From positions 782,674 to 846,673 of the forward strand of contig OZ252018.1 of the NCBI GenBank assembly GCA_965247535.1: DNA of 64,000 nt. The letters are read 5' to 3'. Origin of the DNA: Dehalococcoidia bacterium (GTDB lineage: Bacteria; Chloroflexota; Dehalococcoidia; Lucifugimonadales; UBA2985). The position numbers and the translations under genes were made by a program. This document shows, piece after piece, positions 32,201 to 42,685 of this stretch (positions are counted from its first letter, which is position 1; each line of letters starts with the position of its first letter). The notes beneath the pieces were generated by a model. It was not told the DNA's origin and did no database searches. It saw nothing but the letters and a program-made list of their open reading frames with translations.

Positions 32201-33511
32201 TCAGCCAGTCCGGCCCTGGGCCGAAGGGGCTTCGTCGCTCACTCCATCCTCGAAGACGCCCGGAATTGGCTCGCGCAGTTTGAGCAGCAGGACGAGCGGA
32301 GGCACCATCAGTGACATGCCAATGATGCCCAGCATAGGCAGGCCAAGATACTCGACCACCACGCCTCCGACGAGCGGCATGCTGATGGCTGCGGCGGCCG
32401 TGAACGTATCGTTGGCGCCGATCACGCGGCCGCGTTCGGCGGGGTTGGTCGTGTCCGCGTAAAGGGCCGTTGCTGCTATGTTTACGCATGACCAGCCCAA
32501 CCCCACGAAGAATGTGCCCGCAGTTATGACGGCGTAGGCGGGCGTTGCGACCACCAACCACGAGCCGGCCGAGGCCAGGACGAGCCCCAGCAGCATCACG
32601 TTCCTCCTGCCTACCCGGTCGGCAAGCCAGCCCAGCGGCAGGGAGAACCCGAACATCCCCATTACGTGAATTGCAACGGACACGGAAATCGCTGAGAGAG
32701 TGTGGCCGTGGTGATTCAGCGCGAGAGAGGTCATGGCCATCATCATATTCATGTTGCCCTGCGCTGCGAACATGGTGATGAAGGCGGTCAGCTTCGGGTA
32801 GTGTCGCATGAAGTGCAGAATCCCGACCTTGCCGGAGGCCTGCTGCGGCGCTGCGGGCGGCGTGTAGTCCGGATAGTAGTCGCCCAACCTGGACGCGATA
32901 TCCTTGGGGTCCGGTCGCACCTGAATGACCAGGAACATGCTCAATACGACGACCATCGGAATGAAGAACCATGCGAGGGCGATGGGCTCGATTCCCACGT
33001 CGGGGGCGATGACCTCAGAGGCCTTGATGAGAAGTGGGCTGGCCAGGGCGCCCACAAGGGATCCGGTAAGGACTATCCCCAATCCCTCCGCCCGGCGGTT
33101 AGGCGGGTACATGTCCGCGGCCGCTACTCGAAGCTGCTGGACCGCTCCCGTCCCCAGGCCGAGTATCAGGATTCCTGCGACAAAGATGGGGAATGACTGC
33201 GTCACGGCCGCGATGCCCGTAACTCCAGCGCCGGCGCCCACCAGCAGAAGTCCCAGGATGACGCCGGCTCTTCTCCCGAAGGCGTCGGTGAACCTGCCGA
33301 TGGGGTATGCGACAATCAGACGGCTGAGCCCGGTAATGCTGGAGCCGATGCCCGCGAGGGCGGCCGATCCTATCATCTGGGTAACGAGCACCGGCCCCAG
33401 CGTTGGCACCATCTGCGCCCCGGCGCCGTTGAAGGCCTGGGAGGACGCCAGATACGCCGTGTTCCGCTTTATCAGGGGCGGGATGGCGGTCTTGGATGCG
33501 TTCTTGCTCAA
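32201..33511 (-). CDS. MFS transporter
   Basis: GRFTDAFGRR and GWLADRVGRR motif A; about 12 hydrophobic segments. Confidence 0.9.
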   Translation of the reverse strand: MSKNASKTAIPPLIKRNTAYLASSQAFNGAGAQMVPTLGPVLVTQMIGSAALAGIGSSITGLSRLIVAYPIGRFTDAFGRRAGVILGLLLVGAGAGVTGIAAVTQSFPIFVAGILILGLGTGAVQQLRVAAADMYPPNRRAEGLGIVLTGSLVGALASPLLIKASEVIAPDVGIEPIALAWFFIPMVVVLSMFLVIQVRPDPKDIASRLGDYYPDYTPPAAPQQASGKVGILHFMRHYPKLTAFITMFAAQGNMNMMMAMTSLALNHHGHTLSAISVSVAIHVMGMFGFSLPLGWLADRVGRRNVMLLGLVLASAGSWLVVATPAYAVITAGTFFVGLGWSCVNIAATALYADTTNPAERGRVIGANDTFTAAAAISMPLVGGVVVEYLGLPMLGIIGMSLMVPPLVLLLKLREPIPGVFEDGVSDEAPSAQGRTG

Positions 33512-33684
33512 GGCGTACTCAGTCCTCTTTGCGAATCGGGAACGTGGCTAGGCTGGCTCGCGGTCGCTTCACCCGGACGGTCTCGTTCATGTCAAAGTTG
33601 CGGCTGTTGTCGCTACATGTGCATCCGTGCATTCACAAGTGCGGTGCCGTGGATTACAAGCGCAAGACAGTGCGGCACAGTGCT

Positions 33685-34122
33685 TCACTCGCTAACCTTC
33701 TCGCTCAGCCTTTCGAAGAAGTAGTCGAATTGCGACTTGGCGGCGCTGCTCATGAATCTCTGCCCCACACGCGCCAGCGAGCCCGTCACGGTCACGTCAC
33801 CGTCTACCGAGACGATGGTGGCGTCGCCTTCCGCAGAAAGCGAGACCAGCGCGTCCCCGGAGAGGTTGGTCATGGGGCCCGCTCCCCGGACGCTCATGCG
33901 GTAAGAGGAGATGGGCTGCTTGTCGAATATCTCCATCGTGCCTGAAAGTGAGCCGGAAAAGACGCCCACCTTCACGCCGACCTCGACGCGGTAGCTGTCG
34001 GGCGTGACGACTGCGAATTCTTGGACGCCCGGGATGCAATCTCGCACGACGTCGGGATCCAGGAGCGCGTCCCAGACGCGTTCGGGCGCCGCGTCGAACC
34101 GATATGTGCCGCTGATCTTCAC
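33685..34122 (-). CDS. coxG: CoxG / SRPBCC-family accessory protein
   Basis: PERVWDALLDP...CIPG, G.LARVGQR; divergent from coxS; start taken at GTG 34122. Confidence 0.85.
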   Translation of the reverse strand: MKISGTYRFDAAPERVWDALLDPDVVRDCIPGVQEFAVVTPDSYRVEVGVKVGVFSGSLSGTMEIFDKQPISSYRMSVRGAGPMTNLSGDALVSLSAEGDATIVSVDGDVTVTGSLARVGQRFMSSAAKSQFDYFFERLSEKVSE

Positions 34123-34297
34123 GGAGAAACTATAGCAGGGAGCGGGCAAATTGTGCAGTATAGGCTCACTACACTTCCAGCCGACCGGTCACGAATGCAT
34201 CCAAGGGGGCGAGTCGGATTGTCAATGCAGGCGGCCTTTGCTACACTTGCCGCCATAGGGCAGAGTCTGCGCTGAGCCAAGGTAGTGCGTCAAGGGG

Positions 34298-34780
34298 GTG
34301 ATGAAGTTGAAGGTACCAGTGGAGATAACCATCAATGGGAAGTCCTACGGCGGAGAGGTTGAGTCCCGGCAGCTTCTTGTCCACTTCATCCGGGAGAACG
34401 CGGGGCTGACGGGCACCAAGGTCGGTTGCGACACGAGCCAGTGTGGCACCTGCACGGTGCAGCTGGACGGAGCGACGGCCAAGGCCTGCACGGTGCTCAC
34501 AGTCCAGGCGTCGGGCAGCTCCGTCAAGACAATCGAGGCGTTCGCCGACGGGGCCGATTTCCACCCGCTCCAGGAGGCCTTCTGGAACAACCATGGCCTG
34601 CAGTGCGGGTTCTGCACGCCGGGGATGATCATCGCCGCCGACGAGCTGCTGCGAATCAACCCATCGCCGACGCGCGAGGAGATCCGCCACGGGCTGGAGG
34701 GCAACATCTGCCGGTGCACCGGCTACCAGAATATTGTGCGGGCGGTCGAAGCGGCCGCAGATGCGATGAGAGGCGGTTAG
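34298..34780 (+). CDS. coxS: Molybdenum hydroxylase small [2Fe-2S] subunit
   Basis: GCDTSQCGTC, QCGFCTPG, CRCTGY. Confidence 0.92.
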   Translation: MMKLKVPVEITINGKSYGGEVESRQLLVHFIRENAGLTGTKVGCDTSQCGTCTVQLDGATAKACTVLTVQASGSSVKTIEAFADGADFHPLQEAFWNNHGLQCGFCTPGMIIAADELLRINPSPTREEIRHGLEGNICRCTGYQNIVRAVEAAADAMRGG

Positions 34781-34783
34781 GCC

Positions 34784-37138
34784 ATGACTACACGAGTGTT
34801 CAGTTCCGGCATTCGTCGCCGCGAGGACCCGAGGCTCATCACGGGCCGGGCCTCCTACACGGACGACATCAAGCTGCCCGGCATGGCGCACGCAGCGATC
34901 CTTCGCAGCATGTACGCCCACGCGAACATCAAATCGGTTGACACGAGCGGAGCCGTCAACCAGCCGGGCGTCATCGCGGTCTACACGGGCGCAGACACGG
35001 AGGGGGCGCTCAACGGCCTCCCCTGCGCCTGGCTGATACCCAACTCCGACCTCAAGACGCCGGCGCATCCCGCCATAGCGAAGGACAAAGTGCGCTACGT
35101 GGGCGACGCGGTTGCCGTGGTGGTTGCGGAGACCCGCTACCAGGCCGAGGATGCTCTGGAGCACATAGCGGTGGAGTACGAGCCGCTGGACGCGGTCATC
35201 AACCCGAAGGATGCCGCGCAAGCGGGTGCGCCACAGCTGCATGACGATGCGCCAAACAACATCGCCTTCACCTGGGTAGTGGCCGGCGGCGACGCCGACG
35301 CAGCCTTTGCGGAGGCTGAGGTCACGGTGAGCGACGTCATTACGCTGCCCAGGCTCATCGCAAACGCGATGGAGCCGCGCTCTGCGATCGCGCAGTGGGT
35401 GGGAGCAACGGGCGAGCTCACGCTGTGGAGCACCTCGCAGAACCCGCACATCGCTCGGTTCCTCACCTCGGTGGTGACAGGTGTGCCGGAGCACAGGATA
35501 CGGGTCATCGCGCCGGAGGTCGGCGGGGGATTCGGAAGCAAGATCTCCTACTACCCGGACGAGGCCATCGCGTCGTTCTGCTCGATGCGCCTGGGAATCC
35601 CGGTCAAGTGGACGGAGACCCGGAGCGAGAACTACATTGCCACCACCCAAGGCCGCGACCACGTCGAAGAGGTGGAGATGGCGGCCACCGCGGACGGAAA
35701 GATCACCGGCTTGCGCACGACGGTCTACGCAGGCCTGGGCGCCTATCTCTCGACCGCAAGCCCGGGAGTCCCGACCATCCTGCACGGCCTGATGTACTCG
35801 GGCGCCTACGACATTCCAAACATAAGCGGCACCATCTACGGGGTCTTCAACAACGGCACCCCTGTGGACGCCTACCGCGGAGCAGGTCGCCCGGAGGCCA
35901 CGACGCTGATCGAGCGGCTTGTGGACCTGCTGGCGGCCAGGCTGGGGATGGACCCCGTTGAGTTGCGCCGGAAGAACCTGATTCCCAAGTTCGAGAACGG
36001 CCACGACGTTGCCACCGGTCTCACCTACGACAGCGGTGACTACGAGGCAACGCTGGACACCTGCCTGAACGCCGCCGGCTACTCATCGCTACGCGAGGAG
36101 CAGGAGCAGGCCCGCCGGGAGGGCCGCTACGTGGGCATAGGCGTCTCCACGTACGTCGAGATTTGCGGCCTGGGGCCATCGCAGGTTGCGGGCGCAGTCG
36201 GTTTCCAGGGCGGGCTCTGGGAGAGCGCCATAGTCCGCTTCCATCCCACGGGGAAGGTGAACGTGATGATAGGCTCGTCGCCCCACGGACAGGGGGAGGA
36301 GACCACCTTCGCACAGATCGTCGCCGGCGAGGTTGGAGTGGAAGTGGACGACGTCGAAGTCATCCACGGCGATACAGACCTGACCCCGATGGGCTGGGGC
36401 ACGTACGGCAGCCGCACCACGGCGGTGTCCGGCGCGGCGGTCACGCTGGCAACGCGCAAGATCAAGGACAAGTCCATGGCGCTGGCCGCGCACCTGCTTG
36501 AGGCCGCCACCGAGGACATCGAGTACGAGGACGGGCGGTTCTTCGTGCGAGGCTCACCCGACCAGCACAAGACGATCCAGGACATTGCGCTCATGGCCAA
36601 CGTGGCGTGGGACATGCCCGAGGGCATGGAGCCAGGCCTGGAGGCCAGCGCCTTCTACGACCCGCCGAACTTCACGTATCCGTTCGGGGCACACCTGGCG
36701 GTTGTGGAGGTTGACCCCGCCACCGGCGCGATAGACCTGCAGAAGTACTACGCCGTCGACGACTGCGGCGTGCAGATCAACCCCATGATAGTGGAGGGGC
36801 AGGTCCACGGCGGCGTCGCGCAAGGAGTCGGGCCGGTGCTGTGGGAGGGCGTCGTCTACGACGAGAGCGGCCAGCCGCTCACGGGGACGATGCTGGACTA
36901 CGCGCTGCCCCGTGCGGACGGGCTGCCCGACATAGAGGTGCAGTCGAACACCACGCCTTCGCCTCATCACCCGCTCGGCGTGAAGGGCGTCGGCGAGGCC
37001 GGGACCATTGCTTCCACGCCCACGGTCTACAACGCGGTCATGGACGCTCTGCGGCCCCTGGGAATCACGCGCATCGACATGCCGTTGACGCCCGAAAAGG
37101 TTTGGCGGGCCATGCAGAACGCCAGGAACGGAGGCTAG
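34784..37138 (+). CDS. coxL: Form II CO dehydrogenase-like large molybdopterin subunit
   Basis: RREDPRL, GGGFGSK, AYRGAGRPE (form II signature), HGQG, GQVHGG, KGVGEAG. Confidence 0.9.
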   Translation: MTTRVFSSGIRRREDPRLITGRASYTDDIKLPGMAHAAILRSMYAHANIKSVDTSGAVNQPGVIAVYTGADTEGALNGLPCAWLIPNSDLKTPAHPAIAKDKVRYVGDAVAVVVAETRYQAEDALEHIAVEYEPLDAVINPKDAAQAGAPQLHDDAPNNIAFTWVVAGGDADAAFAEAEVTVSDVITLPRLIANAMEPRSAIAQWVGATGELTLWSTSQNPHIARFLTSVVTGVPEHRIRVIAPEVGGGFGSKISYYPDEAIASFCSMRLGIPVKWTETRSENYIATTQGRDHVEEVEMAATADGKITGLRTTVYAGLGAYLSTASPGVPTILHGLMYSGAYDIPNISGTIYGVFNNGTPVDAYRGAGRPEATTLIERLVDLLAARLGMDPVELRRKNLIPKFENGHDVATGLTYDSGDYEATLDTCLNAAGYSSLREEQEQARREGRYVGIGVSTYVEICGLGPSQVAGAVGFQGGLWESAIVRFHPTGKVNVMIGSSPHGQGEETTFAQIVAGEVGVEVDDVEVIHGDTDLTPMGWGTYGSRTTAVSGAAVTLATRKIKDKSMALAAHLLEAATEDIEYEDGRFFVRGSPDQHKTIQDIALMANVAWDMPEGMEPGLEASAFYDPPNFTYPFGAHLAVVEVDPATGAIDLQKYYAVDDCGVQINPMIVEGQVHGGVAQGVGPVLWEGVVYDESGQPLTGTMLDYALPRADGLPDIEVQSNTTPSPHHPLGVKGVGEAGTIASTPTVYNAVMDALRPLGITRIDMPLTPEKVWRAMQNARNGG

Positions 37139-37142
37139 AGCC

Positions 37143-38009
37143 ATGTATCCAGCCAACACAAACTACCATCGCGCCGGATCGGTGGCCGAGGCGGTGGAAC
37201 TGCTCGCCACCAACGAGGGCGCAAAGGTCCTGGCCGGCGGCCACAGCCTGATTCCGGCAATGAAGCTTCGCCTGGCTGCACCGCAGGCCTTGGTGGACAT
37301 CGGGCATATCGCAGCTCTTAAGGGCATCAGCTTGGAGGGCGGCACGCTGGTCATCGGCGCGCTGACGACTTTCGCCACCATCGCGTCAAGTGACCTGGTG
37401 CAGGCCCACGCGCCTGTCCTAGCGGAGGCCGCGGGCGTGGTGGGAGACCCTGCGGTGCGAAACCGCGGGACCATCGGTGGCAACGTTTCCCACGGCGACC
37501 CGGCCTCCGACCCGCCGACCGCCCTGACCGCTCTTGGCGCGACATACAACGTCAGCGGGCCCGGCGGCGAGCGCAGCATAGCCGCGTCCGAATTCCCCAC
37601 AGGTCTGCTTGAAAACGCCCTGCAGGACAACGAGATCCTGACCGGTGTTTCAGTGCCGGCTCTTGCGCCCGGATGCGGCTCCGCGTACGTCAAGTTTCCG
37701 CATCCCGCCTCCCGCTACGCGGTAGTCGGCGTCGCGGTGATCGTCGGAGCGGAGGGAGGCAGCTGCTCGTCGGCGAGCGTGGTGATTGGCGGCGTCGAGA
37801 CGACTCCAACCAGGGCATCGTCAGTCGAAGCAGCGCTGGTTGGGTCGGATCTGGGCGACGGCGCGCTGGACGCGGCTGCGGCCGCGGTGGCCGGCGACTT
37901 CACGGGCGACCCAATGAGCGACATCTTCGCCTCCGACGAGTACCGCAGAGCGATGGCGGCCGTTTACCTGCGCCGCGCTCTCGGCACTGCCGCCTCGCGG
38001 GCGGGATAG
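37143..38009 (+). CDS. coxM: Molybdenum hydroxylase FAD-binding medium subunit
   Basis: LAGGHSLIP.MKLRLA, VRNRGTIGG, DPASD, HPASRYA. Confidence 0.92.
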   Translation: MYPANTNYHRAGSVAEAVELLATNEGAKVLAGGHSLIPAMKLRLAAPQALVDIGHIAALKGISLEGGTLVIGALTTFATIASSDLVQAHAPVLAEAAGVVGDPAVRNRGTIGGNVSHGDPASDPPTALTALGATYNVSGPGGERSIAASEFPTGLLENALQDNEILTGVSVPALAPGCGSAYVKFPHPASRYAVVGVAVIVGAEGGSCSSASVVIGGVETTPTRASSVEAALVGSDLGDGALDAAAAAVAGDFTGDPMSDIFASDEYRRAMAAVYLRRALGTAASRAG

Positions 38010-38055
38010 GCACTTATCGGCAGGACGGACCGCAGCATTCAGGAGGACGCAGAAC

Positions 38056-38990
38056 TTGGAGCAACCTCCAGCCGTTCCCAAGCCGGCTTCGGTTGACGAC
38101 CTTCAGGCCGCGCTTCGCAAGGAGCTGTACGTAGCGGACCGCGGCTTGGCCATGTCCGTCTACCTGGCCCTGCAGTTGCGGAGGCCGCTTTTCCTGGAGG
38201 GCGAGGCCGGCGTTGGCAAGACGGAGGTGGCCAAGGCGCTTTCGTCCGCGCTTGGCGCGCGCCTGATACGGCTGCAGTGCTACGAGGGACTGGACGTCAG
38301 CCAGGCGGTCTACGAGTGGAACTACTCGCGCCAGCTGCTGCACATCAGGCTGCTCGAGGCCTCGGGAGGCGTTGACCGGAAGGACGCGGAGAGCGAGCTC
38401 TTCAGCGAGGAGTTCCTCATCAAGCGTCCTCTCCTCCAGGCGCTGGAGGGCGCCGGCCCAACCGTGCTGTTGATCGACGAGCTGGATCGCGCCGACGAGG
38501 AGTTTGAAGGCTACCTTCTGGAGATGCTGTCCGAGTTCCAGATAACCATCCCGGAGGTCGGCACTTATACCGCGTCGGAGCCGCCGGTCGTGGTCATCAC
38601 CTCCAACCGCACCCGGGAGATCCACGACGCCCTGAAGCGTAGGTGCCTCTACTACTGGATCGACTACCCCGACCTCGACAAGGAGATGCAGATCGTGCGG
38701 AGCAAGGTGCCGGCCGCCGAGCAGAGGCTCGCGGAGCAGGTGACCGCCTTCGTGCAGGAGCTTCGGAGCACGGAGCTGTACAAGGTGCCGGCGTGGCCGA
38801 GACTCTCGACTGGACGGCGGCGCTGGTTAGCCTGAACGAGACCGAGCTCAGCCCATCGGTCATCGATGACACGCTGGGCGTCATGCTGAAGTACCGCGAG
38901 GACGTGCAGATGGTGCGGGGAGAGCAGACCAGCGCGCTGCTCAACCGCGCGCTGCAGCGCGGCACCCGGCGCGGTGGCAGGCGTGGCTAG
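38056..38990 (+). pseudogene. coxD: CoxD/MoxR AAA+ ATPase with a single-base frameshift (real or assembly error)
   Basis: GEAGVGKT, RLQCYEG, LLIDELD, TSNRTREIHDALKRRC; the expected KVPGVAETLDW is split at 38790-38791 (GG where GGG is needed) and continues in the 38643-38990 frame. Confidence 0.82.
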
Positions 38991-40305
38991 CGAGCCGGCC
39001 GGCCACATTCTTCACAACCTCCTCCTCTTTGGCCACCTGCTCAGGCGTCTCGGCCTGAACGTTCACGAGGGACGCATGGTGGACGCCGTGCGTGTGCTGG
39101 AGGACATCGGCATGACGCGCCGCGTGGACGTATGGTCGGCGCTGCGCACTCTGCTGGTGCACCGCAGGGATGACCTTCCGCTCTTCGACGAGGCATTCGA
39201 GGTGTTCTGGCGCCAGCGCAAGGACCGCATGTCGTCGCTCGACCTGCGCTCGATGGGCGAGCAGCGCCGCTATCGCAGGGTGGAGGCGGGCCCGCCTCCT
39301 CCGGGGCAAGCGGCCGCCGGCTCGGATACGCAGGACCAGGTTCCCGGAGAGCAGTACGACCGGATCGACCTGACGCGCACGTTCAGCGCCCGCGAGGTGC
39401 TCCGCGTGAAAGACTTCGCTGAGTTCACGCCGGACGAGGTGCAGGAGGCCCGACGGCTGCTGGCCTCTCTCGAGTGGAATCCTGGGTTGAGGCTCACACG
39501 CCGCCAGGAGCGCGGCAAGGGGTCGAAGCTGGACGTGCGTCGCACACTGAGATACAACGCGCAGTTCGGTGGCGAGCTCCTGTATCTGAAGACCCGCCGG
39601 CGCAAGGAGAAGGCTCGACGACTGGTTGTCATCTGCGACGTGAGCGGCTCCATGGAGCGGTACACGCGGATGCTGCTGCACTTCATCCACAGCCTGTATG
39701 CGGGCCTGGAAAGCCAGGTGGAGTCGTTCCTCTTCGCAACTAGGCTAACCCGCGTCACCAAGCAGCTGGGCCGGCGGGACATTGACGAGGCCGTGAGCGA
39801 GGTCGCCAAGGCGGTGCCGGACTGGTCGGGCGGGACTCGCATCGGCGCGGCGCTCCGAGAGTTCAACTTTCAATGGGCGCGCAGGACGCTGGGCTGGGGC
39901 TCCATCGTGCTCATCGTGTCGGACGGCTGGGACCGCGGCGAGCCTGAGACGCTGAGCGAGGAGATGGCGCGGCTGCAGCGCAGCTCTCGGCGCCTGATCT
40001 GGCTCAACCCGCTGGCCGGCGCCGAGGACTACGAGCCGCTGACGCAGGGAATGCGGGCCGCGGCGCCCTACATCGACGACCTGCTGCCCGTCCACAACCT
40101 GGCCGCGCTGGTCGACCTTGCGCGCCACCTGAACGGCCTCAACTCCGGCCGGGCAGTACGCCGGCAGACTCACGTGGAGGCGCCGGACACGAGGGAAGCC
40201 GTGGCTGTGAAGGCCGCGCCGGTGCAGCGCTCGTGGCACGGAGACGCCAACCCCACATTCCGCCACCCGATGTGGGGCCGCGGCTCGCAGGGGAGGGAGG
40301 GGTAG
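38983..40305 (+). CDS. coxE: CoxE-like VWA-domain protein
   Basis: DVSGSM MIDAS, FATRLTR, WSGGTRIG, SDGWD, IWLNPL. Confidence 0.88.
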   Translation: MASEPAGHILHNLLLFGHLLRRLGLNVHEGRMVDAVRVLEDIGMTRRVDVWSALRTLLVHRRDDLPLFDEAFEVFWRQRKDRMSSLDLRSMGEQRRYRRVEAGPPPPGQAAAGSDTQDQVPGEQYDRIDLTRTFSAREVLRVKDFAEFTPDEVQEARRLLASLEWNPGLRLTRRQERGKGSKLDVRRTLRYNAQFGGELLYLKTRRRKEKARRLVVICDVSGSMERYTRMLLHFIHSLYAGLESQVESFLFATRLTRVTKQLGRRDIDEAVSEVAKAVPDWSGGTRIGAALREFNFQWARRTLGWGSIVLIVSDGWDRGEPETLSEEMARLQRSSRRLIWLNPLAGAEDYEPLTQGMRAAAPYIDDLLPVHNLAALVDLARHLNGLNSGRAVRRQTHVEAPDTREAVAVKAAPVQRSWHGDANPTFRHPMWGRGSQGREG

Positions 40306-40308
40306 GGG

Positions 40309-40521
40309 CTACGCCAGCATCAGGCGCTAGCCCTTTGGCTCCGGCACAGAATTTCCGAACTCCCTGGCCGTTGCGAGCCACAATGCAACTGCTTCATTGA
40401 TGTGCTTCAGCGCTGCCTCATGCGTGTCGCCGTGGACGGCGCATCCCGGAAGCTCGGGCGCTTCTGCCACGTATACGCCGTCATCATTGCTCCAATAAAT
40501 AGTGATCTCGTACTTGCGGAT
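40309..40521 (-). pseudogene. hicB: HicB-family antitoxin, degraded (not in ORF track)
   Basis: Translation IRKYEITIYWSNDDGVYVAEAPELPGCAVHGDTHEAALKHINEAVALWLATAREFGNSVPEPKG*RLMLA*; ATC where ATG is expected after GGAG; TAG at 40327-40329; no hicA nearby. Confidence 0.8.
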
Positions 40522-40546
40522 TAGTCGGTCTCCTAGAGTTGGATAC

Positions 40547-41668
40547 TCAGGACTCGATGCTTTGTGGGAATGCTAGGTCTGGGCTTTGAGCCCCCTTCGG
40601 ACCCATCCACCTGTGTTGTTTGTACCAATTCCAAATTTTCTCAATAGTGTGATCTAGCAGGATACCCCGGACAACTTCAATGGCCTTTTGGGAGTAACGC
40701 TTGTGGGTAGAAGAAGTGCCAAACCTGAACTCCTTGTAGCAATCTGGATTATTCCTGATGTTCGTGAACTCTACTACTGCAATTAATTTTGGCACCGTAA
40801 GGCCTATCTTAGTTGCCAGCTGTGTTGCGGTTAGGTTATAGAAATCAAGCTCATTGACTCGCCTTACAGCAACTGGAGATGCTCCTAGCGTGCCTTCTGG
40901 TGTAATTTGCATTGGAGGCCCCTCGTTTCTTGTCAGACGCACTGAGAGTGTTGGCCCTGCCCCTTCAGTAGCAATTTCAATTACGGAGGCTCCCTTGAAG
41001 ACTTCCTGCCAAGGTCTCTCAGAGAGTCGCTCAGCAATCCACTTTAGATTTCTGGTGTTTGGTCGCCTCTCTTCACCGCGGACAACTGAGTCGAGAATTG
41101 ATAGAGCTGCTATCTTTGCTTCTGCTTGAACTGTGCGGCGTCTTCCGGGTTTAAGAAGCTTCAGGATATCAGCAACTTCAGATTCAAAGATTGTGACAAT
41201 ATCGGTGGGAGGCGATGTAGATATCGGCAGAGTCCTTACAGGCAAATAGCTAATCAGCTTCTTTTGGAAGACCGAAAGAACTAGTTCCCTAAAGACTGTA
41301 ATCGCCGACTGTATGTGCACGTAGAGTTGATTCTCTGAGATGTCCAAGAGATGGTGCTGTGCCGCGTCCCGTAAGTGGTTGATTGCGCGCAAAGCGATGG
41401 CCTGGTCATTGGTAAGAAACTTTACGTTGCCGTCACTCAGCCCGCGCCCAAGGCAACTGGCAAAACCAATGGTCTGTTCATTTTCACTATCACGGATTCG
41501 ACCACCGCTGTGCAGGATTGCAGCCTTCAACAGCATCTCCAATCCGTGATCTAAGTGAATTAGAGTCGCACTAATGCGGCCCCGGTCATGGGGTCGGTTG
41601 AAGAGCTCTATCGACAGCACTAAGGCGTCGCACGCCTTTTCGAAGAGGAGCCTAGTTTCTCTCTTCAT
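40547..41668 (-). CDS. DUF3644-like protein with N-terminal HEPN-like domain
   Basis: SIELFNRP...EMLLKA N-terminus; LRDAAQH fits Rx4H; visibly AT-richer than the flanks. Confidence 0.65.
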   Translation of the reverse strand: MKRETRLLFEKACDALVLSIELFNRPHDRGRISATLIHLDHGLEMLLKAAILHSGGRIRDSENEQTIGFASCLGRGLSDGNVKFLTNDQAIALRAINHLRDAAQHHLLDISENQLYVHIQSAITVFRELVLSVFQKKLISYLPVRTLPISTSPPTDIVTIFESEVADILKLLKPGRRRTVQAEAKIAALSILDSVVRGEERRPNTRNLKWIAERLSERPWQEVFKGASVIEIATEGAGPTLSVRLTRNEGPPMQITPEGTLGASPVAVRRVNELDFYNLTATQLATKIGLTVPKLIAVVEFTNIRNNPDCYKEFRFGTSSTHKRYSQKAIEVVRGILLDHTIEKIWNWYKQHRWMGPKGAQSPDLAFPQSIES

Positions 41669-42159
41669 TAGTCTTCATCATCCGACGCAGTTCCACAACC
41701 ACTATCAAACCATTTGTAACTCGATTACCTGACAATAGAACACAGCTGAACACGATCTATTACCTGTTGGTAGTTCGCCTTTAGCGTCACTCTACCTAAT
41801 TCTGGATCCGATTCTAATGAACACTCGTTCGCTTTGCAAGGAAAAGAAGGAGGCGCTCACTCAACAGACCGCCCGGCAATATCGACCTTCGCCTCCGCAC
41901 GCCAGCACCCTGAAAATCCCGGAGGAACGCCTGAGGACAAGCGGAATGCCTCTACAAGACTCACGAAGTCCCATCACATCTCACTGCCTGTATTTGAACA
42001 CGCCAGCGGCTTCGTCAGCTGCTTCGCAGATAGAGCCAATAGTGCTGATTGCCCCTGTTGAAGAGCTGCTCATATGCCTTGACATTGCCCTTTCGAAGGA
42101 GCCTGAAGTCACCATCGAACAGGCTTGTGTACTGATCGTGCGGCCGGTACGTGGCAGGG

Positions 42160-42457
42160 TTGTCAGATCGCGCGGGTGACTACCCGGCGGCGATGTCCGG
42201 GGGGGCAGCAGCAGCGCTTCACCAGTGCCAGGGCACTGGTGAAGCGGCCCGAGATCATCTGGGCGGACGAGCCCACGGGTAACCTCGACAGCGAGATTGC
42301 CAGCGAGGTGATGGGGCTCCTGATGCGTTTGAACCGTGAGTTCGACGAGACATTCGTGATCGTCACGCACTCGGACGCCGTTGCCGAGAAGTTGCACCGG
42401 ACGGTGCCCATCATGGACAGCCTTATCGTCGACGACGGCACGGGCAGGGGAGGCTAA
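42160..42457 (+). pseudogene. C-terminal fragment of a LolD/MacB-type ABC ATPase
   Basis: MSGG(+1)QQQR, WADEPTGNLDS, IVTH; extra G in a G-run at about 42199-42205; no Walker A. Confidence 0.8.
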
Positions 42458-42462
42458 GCCCC

Positions 42463-42685
42463 GTGGACGAGCTGTTCGGCGCGCCGGTATCCAGCATTGC
42501 GGCAATGTTGGGAGTGGCCTTTGGCTTCGCGGTAGCCTTCCTGCTCTTCATCAGGGTTCGAAATCCTATCCTGGTGCGCATGGCTTCTCGAAACGTGCTC
42601 CGCAGGCCCGGCCAGACAATGCTTATCCTTGGCGGTCTGATGCTGGACACGGCCATCATCGCCAGCGCATTCACGGTCGGTGGCT
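42463..42685 (+). pseudogene. N-terminal fragment of an FtsX-type ABC permease
   Basis: MDELFG...RNPILVRMASRNVLRRPGQTMLILGGLML..AIIASAFTVG, then the similarity ends. Confidence 0.7.

Noticed and set aside
34241-36004. Long antisense ORFs (also 8674-10101, 44245-45540, 59028-60707 and others)
   Set aside because: Shadow frames of well-supported genes in high-GC DNA, with no recognisable motifs
34784-37138. Bona fide (form I) CO dehydrogenase
   Set aside because: The active-site loop is AYRGAGR, not AYxCSFR, and the gene order is SLM
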